Source: Marsupella aquatica
Lineage: Eukaryota; Plantae; Marchantiophyta
Direction: 5' to 3'
NCBI GenBank assembly: GCA_973895155.1
Contig: OZ316893.1
Coordinates: 17,018,645-17,082,644 of the forward strand
DNA length: 64,000 bases
Shown here: in pieces, positions 12,323 to 24,761 of the stretch
Numbering within the stretch: position 1 is the stretch's first letter
Layout: each line of letters begins with the position of its first letter
Position numbers and translations under genes: made by a program
Notes under the pieces: generated by a model
Database searches by the model: none
Seen by the model: the letters and a program-made list of their open reading frames with translations, nothing else
Told to the model about the DNA's origin: nothing

Positions 12323-15300
12323 CTTCTTGTGTAAGACAAGGGGGCACATTGCATGCTACTGTCCCAACAGGATCAAGAAGGAGTAGGCCTACACAACACA
12401 CATACAGAATGGTAGTTCTCCACCACCACAGGGAACTATCAATTCACAACCTGCGAGAGCAGATGGCAAAGGGTTCATCACTGTGACTAATTGATCTACA
12501 CAGAAAGGAAAGAAAAAGGAAAGCAAACCCAGTTTAAACAACGGAGGAGAAATGATCCTTAATTTCCTAGCTGATTCTGGCGTCTGATGGGGGACTTGAG
12601 TAAGGAGAGATCGGGAACTGCACTGCTTAGGAAGCAAAACCAAGGAATGAAGGAAAGGATGCCGACATCCCACTCAAAACTGACACTGATCCAACTCCAC
12701 ACTTGACTTCTATCGGAGAGAAGCAAACCTCCAATCTAGCAGTCAGCATTAACACAAGAGGGAACGAACCAGAACACCATCACAATAACATTGTGGCAAA
12801 GGAGGATGTGGAACCTATGGAGACCACAACAATAAAAAATGCACGCAAAGTTGTGGCCTCACCAAGCAGGGGATGGGAGAAGGGGCAAACAGGTTTGCCT
12901 TTGACCATGGAGATAGCTATTCACAAACCACCCAAGAAAATGAAGAAGAGTCTGCCAACAGCCGCTACGCCTAGCTCCGCCAACGACAAGAAAATGGCAG
13001 AAGTTCTGCCTGAAGAAACTCCATACAATCTTGTGGGGAATACTGAGAATGCAGATCCACAGCAAAAGCAGATCCCCAAGACAGCTCCCGGACATGGAAT
13101 TGCAACCAATAGGAACCAGAGGTCCAAAGGAGACCAAAGCCAACATGGACACGAGGTGGAGAGCCAAGAGAGAGGAAGTGGAGGGTGCAGCCTTCATCAC
13201 AATAATCTGCTCTATGATGATGGACAAAATCCCAAAAATTAGCCAATGGAATGTGTGAGGATTAAACAACCCATTGAAGGTCAAACAGATAGGAAGCTGG
13301 ATTTGCAAAGGAAAGCTGGAGGATTCCATTTTTACATCTACAGGAATTGAAAGTGCAAAAGGATAGGGCTCCTTTTCAACTTGGGGTACTCAGTGGAGAC
13401 AGTGTATTGTACATTGTAGACAGCAATCAGAACAGGAAAGTAGGAGTGGCCATGATTATATCTTCTTGCTTTCAAGTAATTAACCAAGGAAGAAAAGGAG
13501 ACGGTACCTTTGTGTGGGCTAGAATCCAAACGCTGATGGGGGAAGTCAACACTGGGTCCGCTTATGCACGGATGAAAGGAGAAAGAGGATCGAGCCGTGG
13601 AAATGGATGACATAGGAGGAATCTTGATAATCTGACCTACATTGTTTGTGGGGATTGGAACATGATTGAGAGGTGGGAAGACATTGTGGGGCCCAATGCT
13701 CTCATACATGGAACGAAAGCAAGAAAATGGAATAAGTTGGTGGAACACCTTGACTTAGTCGACAATATCTTTGCGCAGGGGTTAAGATGGGGCCCATGTA
13801 CACATGACAATCTATGCACGCCAACAGGCTGGACCAATCTAGACTAGATAGATCCTACAATAGTAGTAGAAATGTTAGGTGTGATTTTGTCAAAAGCTAG
13901 GAACAAGATGGGAAGGAAACACTATCGGATTACATCTTTGTTGTCATCACCTTTGTCCTTAAGCAAAAGGAGCACACAGGGCCGTCAACATATTTCCAAA
14001 TGGACGCCTCCTTTATCGATTCTCTTGCAATTGAGCAATCAATGAGAGAAGCTTGGGAAGAGCAAATGGTGGAGAGCCAAGACCCCCAAGTGAATTGGGA
14101 CCTTGCCTAGGAGCGGTGAAGAAGCTTCAGTCTACAGAGTGAGAAACAAAAGAGAGAGGAGCACAGGAATTCCTCACACATTGGCAATAATCTATAGGAG
14201 CTTCAGATCTCTCTAGCACCTCACCTAGCGGCGAGCTAGTGCAGAAGCTGCAAAAAGAAGAAGATAGGACACGACATCAGGCTCTAGAAGAAACCATGGC
14301 CCTTTATGACCAACCACCCAATGACAAAAATGAACAAGCCCATCTCCACCTCTTAGCAGTTGGATCCAAGTCAAGGGAGCAAGAGCTAGTGACCCAGATC
14401 TTCTCCAAGAAAGCCTTAGTCAATCCACATTGCTCCTCACAAAACCCCCACATGTTGTGCCAACATAGAGGCAGGTCCTTCCAGTAGTCTCCCTCCCAAC
14501 ACCATCCATCACTAATACTCCTAATGAGTGGTGGACCTAGCCACCCAGCGCCCTCATCAATCCCAACACCCATGCCTAAGTGCCCTTGGTGCCAAACGCC
14601 TCCACAAAATTCCTTGAACAAGCAACTTGATGCCTCTTGCACCCCCCGACGGTCACTCTCATACAAAGCCACACTCCTCTCTAACACAACCGTTGCTCAG
14701 CGGTCCTCACTGTCTGCACAAGCAACCAAGTACTCCGGTAAGTAACCAAAGGATGTAGACATTCCAAGACTAGCATCACAACTCAAGCTCAATAGACATT
14801 GGTAAGTAGGTTAGCGAATAGGTCCTCCCTGGCCCGCGTGGCCTTGCCACAAGCCACAGCCAACACCCACTATTTGTCCAAAATAGTCCCTCTTTGGGTG
14901 TAGCTCGTGCTCCCCAACGTACCTATCTTTCCTTGGTTGACCACCCTACCCTCAGAATATGCTCATGGCCCAAATAGTGTAGCTTGTCCCAAAGCTTGTC
15001 CTAAAACGCCGGGACCATAATGGCCCCGACTCTAGCAACCAAATCATGGTTTTTGCGATAATTGACTCCAAAAACTTCAAACGCTTTGAGGTGATTTGCG
15101 CAAAGACAAGGAAAGGCTCTTGGTATACCAAGAAGATGCCTTTGAGGCCCTTGTTTACATCTTGTGTGAGAACAAGATCAAGTCTTACTCTCTCCAGTTC
15201 AAACTGGATATGGCGACTGCTAACTCTCAAGGGTGTTGTGAGGCATCATGCTGCAATGATGAAGGAGGCCACGAAAGAATGGAACGTGAAGACCTCAAAG

Positions 15301-16855
15301 ATCACTCCACTTGTAAGTCCCAAATTTGATGATTTTCTGTCAACATGTGTAGAAATGTACACTCCGACAGAAAAAAACAAGCGGGAATAGAAAGCAGATT
15401 TTGTGGTTTGTACGATGGATCGTGCTCGACTCTTCACTATTTCTCAACTTTGGACCCCAAGTTGCGTTCTACTCTTCTTGTGGCCTAGTGCACCCCAGAA
15501 CTTTGGAAACAATATTTCCATCCGCCGAGTGTGAATGATGAACCCGTGAAACAATGGTGTCATACATGGCACATGACAACAAGCTCACTTTGAGGGCCAC
15601 ATTGGGGGTAATCAAACTGATACCTAAGAATAAGGAGGTCACTAATTTGAGCAACTAGAGGCCTCTGACAATGCTTACCCTCGTGGAGAAGCTGGTGGAA
15701 AAATTCTTGCTAACCGTTTCAAGAGAATTGCGAGTAGACTGGTTGACCCACAACAAACCGGCTTTTTAGATGGCAAAAAAATCCTTGATAACTTGATGTC
15801 CTTCAAACTAGGACAGGATATGGTGACAATTAACAAACTACCCAGCATTTTCCTTAAGCTGGATTTTGTAAAGGCATACAATAGAGTGGATCATGTTTTT
15901 CTGTGGGACGTCATAAAGGCAATGAACTTTGACAAGAAGGTAATAACACTAACTAGAGGCCTCGTTGCAAACACATAGTCTAAGGTGCACATCAATGGAA
16001 GCTTCACTGATTTTATCAGTCTGGATAGGGGAGTGAGACAGGGTTGCCCCTTGTCATCTACCCTCTTTGCCATCGCGACCCAACCATTGATGGAGATGAT
16101 CAAAGCAAAGCTGGCGGACGGACAACTATAGGGAATAAAACTCCAAGACAACAGCAGGCTGTGCCACCAGCTGTTTGCTAACAACACTGGAATGTTCCTT
16201 GCTGCCACTGAGGGAGAATTTTGTGCGGCTCGTGACACCATCCAGGACTACAAATGCATTTCGGGAGCACTTCTGAATGTGCATAAATCCAAAATCATTC
16301 CACTATTTCTTGAGGAAGGGACATACCCTAGCTGGATGAAGGAAATTGGATGTCACATTGCAGAGGAGGGAGAACTATGGAATACCTGGGCAGCCCGATC
16401 GGCTACAAGGTGCCCACATCTCATACTACCCAGTTCCTTCTGGAGAAAATTAAAAAACAATTATGTCACTAGACAAATTGCTGTCTGACTCTAGCTGGAA
16501 GGGCAATTCTTCTAAAGCACATGTTAAGAGCCATAGCTACGTACCATCTCATGACTATGGACATCTAGATTATAGGATACCAAGAACTAGAGAAAGTATG
16601 CAGAAGATTCCTGTGGGGTTCGAACCCCAACAAGGGCAACAAGAAAGCTCTGATTGCTTGGGCTGACATCATGACTAGCAAAGGCAAAGGGGGATTGGGA
16701 ATTCTTCCCTTTCAGGAGCAAGCAACGACACTCAAGATGAGACACATATCCAAAATGATTCAGGGGGAGACCTACGGGTGGGTCAAGATTGCCCAAGAGA
16801 TCCTCAGCAAAGGGATGAGGAAGGGACCAGGAAAAAAGGGAAAAAAAGGTTGGTC
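12323..16855 (+). mobile_element. L1-like LINE, remainder of ORF1 plus ORF2 (endonuclease, reverse transcriptase), pseudogenised
   Basis: SQWNV.G and LQELK near 13240-13350 and CGDWNMIE near 13650 (APE endonuclease). QTGFLDG, LKLDFVKAYNRV, RGVRQGCPLS and QLFANNT (15750-16190) are RT motifs. Many stops; foreign patch at about 14300-15590. Confidence 0.85.
15040..15580 (+). pseudogene. Fragment of the ParB-MTase-like gene family of the Mutator-like element
   Basis: KTRKGSWYTKKM, EALVYILCENKIKSY, RHHAAMMKEATKEW and KITPLVSPKFDDFLSTC match the protein encoded at about 48150-48670 on the minus strand. Confidence 0.85.
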
Positions 16856-19800
16856 TATGGTGCGTCCCATGGCTCTCTAAACCCAAGAACCCGCCCTGAA
16901 CAAGCCGATTCCCACCGGTTTTGCTCTTGCCAAGGCCGGTTCCGCGGCTAAAACTTCTTCACTAACTTTTTACCCACATATACTGGACAGATCCTTCATC
17001 GGCTCATGAGATATGTAGCCGGCATTTTCTAGGCCTCTCCTTACTCTCTTCTATTGGTTTCCCTTCAAGTATGTTTGGATTCCACCCTTGGAATGATGCC
17101 CAATTGGCTTGGGTAGCCGCTAAGATTTCTCTCAGCTCAACACATCCCGCTCTGCCTACTCCTGATGACTTCACTTACTTCTTTTTTCTCTTGTAGTTGA
17201 TGTGGGCAATCTTCGCACAAGTTGATGCGACACACAACTAGAAAGATGCCTCATACTGACTGAGTTATACCATGCAAACTGCCATATAAAGAGTACTTCT
17301 CATACACAAGATCTACAAACTAAGCACGAAGGCCAACTCTATTCAGCTCTTAGGCATGAGGAAACATGAATATACACAAGAGTCACTGCAGTACTAACCG
17401 AGAGCTTCTCTGACTAATTGATCCCAACCTTGCTAGTGTACCAAAAACTTGCTTAAGAAGAAGGCCCTCAAGTCCCCGCTGCACAGGTATTTATCCTGGC
17501 AGCGCAACTACCTATTTTCTTGCTGCGTAAGCCAAATCTACCTCTAATTGGAATCTACCTATGTACAGCGGGGCAAGAGCACAAGTGTTGTTCTTACGAG
17601 TGGATCCGCAATCCCACTAATTTAAGTGCCAGGGTCGCTTCTTGGACCTGATCCTAATCCTAAATTTGGAGGTCCGCGCCCGCTCTGCCCACTCAAGCCT
17701 CCTACCTCCACGTCCGCCCTCCCTAAAAGGGACAGCCCCCCTCCACCGTCATAACACGGGTGGCTGGCCCTCAATGGATGCCTCCAATCCTTCCTTGGCG
17801 GCCAATGTAGGCATCCCGTTCTCTGACAGGTTACCAGCTCTTGACTGGGTCAACCCATTCTCAATGTGATCGGGCCCACCTCCTACCTCGGCTTCTGCTT
17901 CTCCAGCTTTTGCTCCCCTGGCTTCCGCTCCCCCGGCTTGTAATAGTGGTGGGTCCGCCCTGGCAGCTTTGACACTGTCAATCCCGGCATCGGCCATCGT
18001 GCCGTAGTGGTCCTCCTCATAGGCTTGTCCTATGAGTCGGGTTGTCTCGTCCTCCCAAGGTTGCGGTTGATGCCGATCAATGATTGGCAACCTTGAGTCC
18101 GTGCCCGTCATGGCCTCACCTAGCTGGTCTTCTTGGCCTACCTCTAAGACTGCCACTTTGACAGCCACTACCTCGCATAAGGCTGGTGCAATGCTTTATA
18201 CCTTAGCCACGGTGGCCTAAGGAACCGTGTTGCTCCCTGACCCGGAAGGTTTTTGCTTCTTCTTGTCCTTCCCTTCCATGGCAGCCGGTGCCTTCCCCTT
18301 GCCACTTTCTTCTGGCAAGGGTGAGGGTACCTTGGCTTGTCTCTCGGTCAGTACCACACCCTACAACCTTGTTGCCGCCACCGGGGGTCCACTTGTTGTT
18401 GCCTGCCGATTTAACTCCTTGGACAGTTTCTTCAGCCGCTCCGTTTGGTTGTCCGCTCGCCTTTGCATGTTCTCTAATTTTTGCATGGCGTCCTCCAACT
18501 CCTCCAGGGTCTTGTCTAAATCCCCGCAAGCTTCCTCCAACTCCTTCAGGTTTTTGTCCAACTCCTTCCGGAAGGCCGCCCTCTCCTCTTGGGTTGCTTT
18601 TAGCTTTGCGTTGAGCTCATGGACGACATCAAACTCTATCTTATTCATCTTCTTATAGGTTTGATTGAGCATGTCATCCTTCTTATGCAGTTTGGCTTGA
18701 CAGTTGGCCGACAAGGTTTCAAGGTCCTCCTTTAACTTTTTGACGCTCTTGTAGGTCTCATCTAAGTCGTCCTTTTTCTGATGGAGGGCCTTGCAGAATT
18801 CTTTGATCTCCTCCTTTAGTGCCCGCTCCTTCCTCTGTGCCTTGGCCATGGCTTTGTTGAAGACCATTAGGTGAGCCGCTTTGCGTTTTTGAGCTCCCGC
18901 TTCCACTTCTCCTTCTCCTTGAGGGCCTCGGCCAAATGCCCCTGGGTCTAGGCTAGTTGCCCCTGCATGATGCTTATCTCATGCCTCCTAACCCGCAACT
19001 TGTCCTGAGCCTGCTTGACTGCCTTTAGATCTCCAACCTCGGCTTCCTTCTCTCTAAGCCATCGGATGACCTCCTCCTTCTTCATCCTCTCCAAGGCCAG
19101 TGCTTCCTCCAACCGGCTTTTCTCCAACCTCTCGCTATTGAGAAAAGGCCCCGTCTCTAACTCCTTGCCAAAGACGTTGAGGGAAAGGAATCCGCACATC
19201 CTCCCGTACTCTAGGGCTCTAGAACGTGCATAGGTGGAGTGGTTAGGAGATGCTGGCATCTCCCAACGTGGCCTTTATTCCCAGGTCGCCCTCTGAATCT
19301 TGTCAAATGTGGGCAAGGGCCCGACTTGGTCCTCTGCAAGCCGTTGAATGTCCTTTGGCCATCCTCTGTCGGCAAATCTTTCTCCTTGGCCAGGTTTGCC
19401 CTCTCTAGATCTTGGAGTCGCTAATGCAACTCTTGGTCAGCCGGTTTTCTCCCATCGTAATTTGGCGGAGGGACGTCTTGTGGGGCAGACTCCGGGTTTC
19501 TCTGCTATTGCGGGTCCCCATGCACCACTCTTGGAAGTGTGGGAATGAAACGGCCACAGGTTTGCACCCCTGGTACCAAATGATCCGACCCATAGCCAAA
19601 GTCCTCCTTGTGGTATTCCTCCATGCTCTCCCTTCCGGCCTGGAGTACCGGTGCCTGCTAATCTTCTCTGGGGCTAGTCGCGAATGGGCATCTTGCCGAC
19701 AACTATTCATGTGTGTGGGTCTCTCTTCCGTCTCCCACACCCGGCTTCCTCTCTCCGCATCATGATTGGGAGCCTTGGGTCCTTGCCCCTCGAGTTTTGG

Positions 19801-21520
19801 ACTTGAGCCTCCCACGTACATCCGCACCCCCGGCTTGTTTTTCGGCCTCCTTTTCTCTGCGGCCCCGAAAAAGGGATCTGCTCTGGTGGGTCTTGTGGTG
19901 CCTCCTTCCCCAACCATGGCCTATACCTGTGCCTGTGCCACAATTACTGGCTTCTCCTTCTGTAGCATCTGCAAGAGGCTCTACATAGCCAGTTGCTGCA
20001 TCAGCGTGGGTTCAAGCGTCGGCCAAAAGATTTGTGCTATCGTGGGGCTGTCGGGCGGTTTGGGCTTCCTTGCTGCCGGCCTCGGCTTTGACTCCTCTTC
20101 CGGCGCCCTGGCCTTCAAGGGAAGTACTGGCGCAAAGGTCTGACTCCGGGGATATTGGCATAACAGCGGCATGTGATAACCAAGTTGGGACACGCTCCCC
20201 TGGCCTATCACTTGCTATTCCTCCTTTAAGATTTTCTTCAATTGGGTACTTAGGAGGTACCCGTTGTAGTCCCGGCTTGGGTCTAGCCTCTCTACTAGAT
20301 AAACCTGCGCCTTGCCGATCTCCGGTCTCGGCAGGTTGCAATGCATTGTCACCCGCAAGAAATCAATCATTTCTCCAATGTGCGGGTTGGTGTAGGTGTT
20401 TTGAAAGAAGCCATTCTTTGTTGATGGCCCGGGGAACGATCTAAACTCCTTGTCGGACAATTTCTTCCGGGTGTCTACCTTGGTCTTGTTGCCCATTGGC
20501 AAGCCAAATACTTTGGCAATCACCTTGGGAGTGAGATAGAAGTCCCTCCCATATATCTTGGTTGAGTTGGACTCGTGGTCCCATGATCCCATGAATTCCA
20601 ACAAGTCTGATTCCGGCACCTTCGGCTTCAGCCACGGTAATCTAACAAAGGCTTCCAAGCCCGATCTAGCCATGAAGCCTTGGTACTTCTTGGTCTGCAT
20701 TGCTGTAAAACATGCATCCTCATCCTGTGCAAAATGTAATTGCACTGCCGGCGGTAGGATCGTTGCCCAGCCCTTCCATTTATCATCTTTGGTGGGGATG
20801 GCATTGACTGGGTCGACCACTTGTTCCTCGGCTTCCTCCTGCCTCTGTCTCCCTTGCTTGGCCGGTTTTCTTGATGCCGCCGACCTTGTTCTTTTGGCCG
20901 GTGTGGTTTCTTTGTTGTTAGCCATCTTTCTCTTCATTTTGGCCGCTCTTGATGACTCCCCCAACACTATTGCTTTTGTCCACGCCTCCGTGCAACCCTT
21001 TAGGTCCCAATGTTTGTCATTGCAATTGTTGATGGCCTACCAAATGCCAAAAATTCTGTTCTCTCAAAATAGTTCAAGATTGTCAAGCTTGTCGGCAATA
21101 GGCATCCACAAGAATTTAGCCTTGATGAGCTCTCCTCCTAGGAAGGTAGACTTTTGCAATTCCCACAACCGAGCAAACTCTTGTCGTTCTTGGGCTGCTC
21201 TTTCCAACTCTTCCTCCTTGTAGGTCCTAATGTACTCACTTGCAGCCCATTCGAATAGGCATCCCCAGAAATGTGCAGCCTTATTGACGTTGCTCATTCC
21301 CTCCTTATGTCGTTGCTTGGTATCTACTTCCGCCCACCATGTTCACCTTTGTAGCTGACAGTTGTTGGCTTCTCCTTGCAATCCACTTGATCAATGTGCG
21401 TGAATGAGCCATCACTCTTGGTGAACCTCCCTTACCCCCCTCCGGCCTGCCGCTGATTGTCTTGGTCGCTGATTACCTGCAGCCGCCGATACTTAGCGTG
21501 CCCTAACCCTAATCGTGCCC
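16856..21520 (-). mobile_element. Copy 2 of the coding TG..CA element; right end not identified
   Basis: Begins TATGGTGCGTCCCATGGCTCTCTAAACCCAAG, homologous to 5227, and interrupts LINE ORF2. ORFs 20215-20967, 18948-19259, 18361-18906 and 17749-18168 are homologous to copy 1. Diverges after about 21520. Confidence 0.8.
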
Positions 21521-22499
21521 CTTAGTGGCCGTTAGTCGCGGAACTCGACTACCTTAACACTTAGCTCCGGCGTCGCTGACTCTGACGCCGAGCTCCCTTA
21601 TGGTCCAGGCCCGGATAGGCCATCTCGGGAGGACTTAGCATGGGGAGACTTGTGTGCAATAAGACGTGGCACTAGCGAGGCAAGGAGCCAAGCTGGGGAC
21701 ACACACTAAGGACTTGGACTAGCTGATAGCTGGTCGGGTCAAAGGGAAATGGGCCGGGCTCAAGGATGGCCATCCGGACCTCCGGATGGACTTTGAGTTT
21801 TGAGGACTTGGGAGTGAGCTCCTCTTGGGCCCAAGGCCAATGGAGTTGACGCCATTGGCAACGGACGCTTGGGGCGCAAGTTGTGGCTCGATCCGGGTTG
21901 GGCCGGTTGGGGGCCCCGAGTGGCGATCAGACTTGAGGGCCTAGGCATGAGCACTGGGTTGTCCCGGTCACAACGGGCTAAGGCACTCCGCTTGCAGATG
22001 CCTATCAAGAAAGTTATGAGCATTGCCAGTTGGTGGCGCACCCATTATGCGCGATGGGATCCGGGTTGGGGGCCAAATGTTTGGGGACCAAAGCTGGTCC
22101 GAGGGTGGCAGGTCTCCAGAAGCATATATGAGGGGAGTGGTGTCTCCCTGGGGCTAAGGGCGAGCCGAAGCCAAGCCGCGACGGTCGCGACACTAAGGAA
22201 ACCGCCAAACAGAAATGACGATATCTTCCCAACGGGAAGTCCGTTGGAGGACTTCTTAGGTGCATTGGAAAGCTCTTGAAGAGGGCTACGCCCTCCTGAG
22301 ATCAGCTGGGTCTGGGGGTGCTGTGGGTTCTCGTGGTTTACGGGTGTTAGCTTGCCAGCTTGCCAAATCCTGCCGAACAGCAGCCAAGCCGCGTTCAGTC
22401 TCCCAAGGGAGCTTGCGTTGGGGAGGCAAGGCCAAGTAGGTGTGGAGGCTGAGTTCCAAGCGTGCTCGGCCCCTAGACCATCAGTGGGGCGAACCAGGA

Positions 22500-22852
22500 G
22501 CGGTTGCTAGAGTCGGGGCCATTCTGGTCCCGGCGTGTTGGGACAAGCTTTAGGACAAGCTACGCTATTTGGGCCATGAGCATGTCCTGAGGTCAGGGCG
22601 GTCAGTTGGTGATGGATAGGTACAAGGGGGAACCCGGGCCGCGCCCAAGGAAGGAGCTGTTCTGGACGAACAATGGGCGTGGGTTCTGGTTCTGGCTTAT
22701 GGCATCGGGAGGACCTATCGCTGACCTATTTACCAACGTCTGTTGAGCTTGAGTTAGGATGCTAGACTTGGCGAGTTCTAGATCTTGAAGGGTTACTTAC
22801 CAAGGTGCTTGGTTGCTTGTGCAGATAGGGAGGACCGTTGAGTAGCGGTCGT
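22500..22852. repeat. Dispersed repeat, inverted copy at about 14680-15040
   Basis: ggttgctagagtcggggccatt...gggccatgagcat and ...ggttgcttgtgcaga..gaggaccg are reverse complements of sequence at about 14690-15040. Confidence 0.8.
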
Positions 22853-22873
22853 ATCCAAATTTTCCAGAAGGCA

Positions 22874-23443
22874 GCTCATTGTTGTGCCATTTGTGACGAT
22901 GGTGGGAGCTTGGTCATCTGTGAGGGCCCTTGCATGAGGCATTTCCACCTCAACCCAAAGTCTCACCTTGCTGCAGAAAACAACTATCCAGGGGTGGGCC
23001 TCCCGTCAACACACTAGGGAGACTGGATGTGCATTGATTGTTTGGAGAAGCAGGCTAAGTGTGCACAGTGTGAGAAGTTGGGGTCCTATGAGGGCTCTGT
23101 TGATGTTGCACCGGATGTTAGGAAATGTCCAGACCGTTTTTGTGTGAGGTTTTTATGTTTTGAGTGTTTGCCTGCTCATGCCACAGCTTGCCCACTTCAT
23201 AGGTGCAAGGCATGTGGTGAGCATGATGATGAGTACTGGGCTGACATAGTCCACTGTGCTAGGTGTCCCACTATGTGGCACTATCATTGCTTGAAAGATC
23301 GTCAAGCAGAGGGTTATGCTTGTGACAGAGAAATCTATGATCACTCTGCACATGGTGTTGATCGATGGATATTTTATTGTCATCGCCATGCCATTGATCC
23401 TACCTCGCGCACTCCTGTGAGAGATCACATATCTTGGCTGTGA
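22874..23443 (+). pseudogene. EDM2/NSD-type tandem PHD-like zinc-finger fragment
   Basis: One frame reads HCCAICDDGGSLVICEGPCMRHFH...*GDWMCIDC..KCAQCEKLGS...CPLHRCKAC...HCARCPTMWHYHCL...IFYCHRHAIDP...TPVRDHI, with an in-frame TAG at 23015-23017. Confidence 0.75.
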
Positions 23444-23709
23444 AGCTGAACATTGTACATGCACAGGGCACCTGATGTGGATGTACTATTTTTGGAGATT
23501 GCAGAGATTCCAATTTTGAACAGGAGTTGGGTAGGCGAGTTTATATAGGGAGCACTTATCTTGTGCCCTGGCGTTATTGGCTGGGTACATGCCTATAAAA
23601 ACTTATCCTAAAATTATGTGGTCCAATTGAACTTCTTTTTTTATTTACATTTGTAAGTCTTGAATTGCTGTTTTCGAACATTTCATCGGATGTATTTCTT
23701 ACCCCAATT

Positions 23710-24110
23710 AATTTGGGATATTTCCATATGGAAACCTTATCTTTTCATAAAGACTTTTGTGATTTTTCTTTTTTAATTTTTGAGTGCATATATGTTCCAT
23801 ACAACCTTCCTTTTTTGAGGAGGGGATTATGCACAACATCGTAAATGTAGAAAATGTAAAAACCCCCAAATACATTTTTACCATGAAAACAAAATAAAAC
23901 TGTATCACTAAAGTTTTAACTTCTTTCATGTTTTCCGCCAATTGCATAGCAACCACTTGTTGCATGGTCGTTTAACTTCTATTTTTGATTTCAGAGATTC
24001 ACTTTTCCTTGTCTGTTCCCTAAAAATCACTGAAATTTTTATGTACATTAATGTCCTGGTTAGAGGCATTATATCTCATAATGTCCTCTCAACAGGACAT
24101 ATCCTATTCT
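23710..24110. mobile_element. AT-rich DNA-transposon-like terminal sequence, inverted homolog at 33429-33836
   Basis: Ends ...aggacatatcctattct, the reverse complement of agaataggataatgtcctgg at 33429, with shared internal blocks (ttgagtgcat, ttttgaggaggg, ttaacttctttcatg). Confidence 0.6.
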
Positions 24111-24530
24111 TAAAAGTGTCAAAATTGGATTCAAAAGACCCAAAAATTCCAAAACAATTGTTTGAGTCAAGTATTCTCCAAGAGCCAATCAAATGACCCT
24201 ATGCTTTGTTGCACGTGATGTGCTATTTTTGTGAAAGTGAGACTCCCAAGGCATGAAGCAAGAGCAGAGGGGGTTGGCCAGGAGGTTGGAGAGTGAAGCC
24301 TTTGGACCATGAATCTGGGGGTGTAACCAAAACCTGGGTAGGGTGGAAATGACAAGGGGGGAGTGGGGTGAGTAAATGCATAGTGACAATGGGGGATGAA
24401 CTATGCATAGTGACAAAAGATTGACTGCAAGTCTGGGAATAGATGAGCCATCTTGAATGCCCCTTCTTTGAATGTTAATAATAAGGATGACAAAGCCTAT
24501 CATGCGTGCTTATCATTTTGATAGACATAT

Positions 24531-24761
24531 TATTCCATTCTTCTTTGGTGGGGGTCATAATTTAGAGGCTTCACTTTAGGAGCCTAGACCCCAACTCTAG
24601 CTTCTAATTGCTGACTAATATAGAAATTGAAGGCAATTAGCTTCAGACATTATTTGATCCTTCTTTGGTGGGGGTCATAATATAGAGGCTTCACCTTAGG
24701 AGCCTAGACCCCAACTCTAGCTTCTAATTGCGACTATTATATAGAGTGAAAGCAATTAGCT
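24531..24761. repeat. about 120-bp tandem duplication
   Basis: ttctttggtggggg...ttaggagcctagaccccaactctagcttctaattg...gcaattagct occurs twice. Confidence 0.85.

Noticed and set aside
21596-21605. TGGTC at 21601 as the right TSD of copy 2
   Set aside because: It is not preceded by a GCATCACA-like end, and the LINE does not resume after it.
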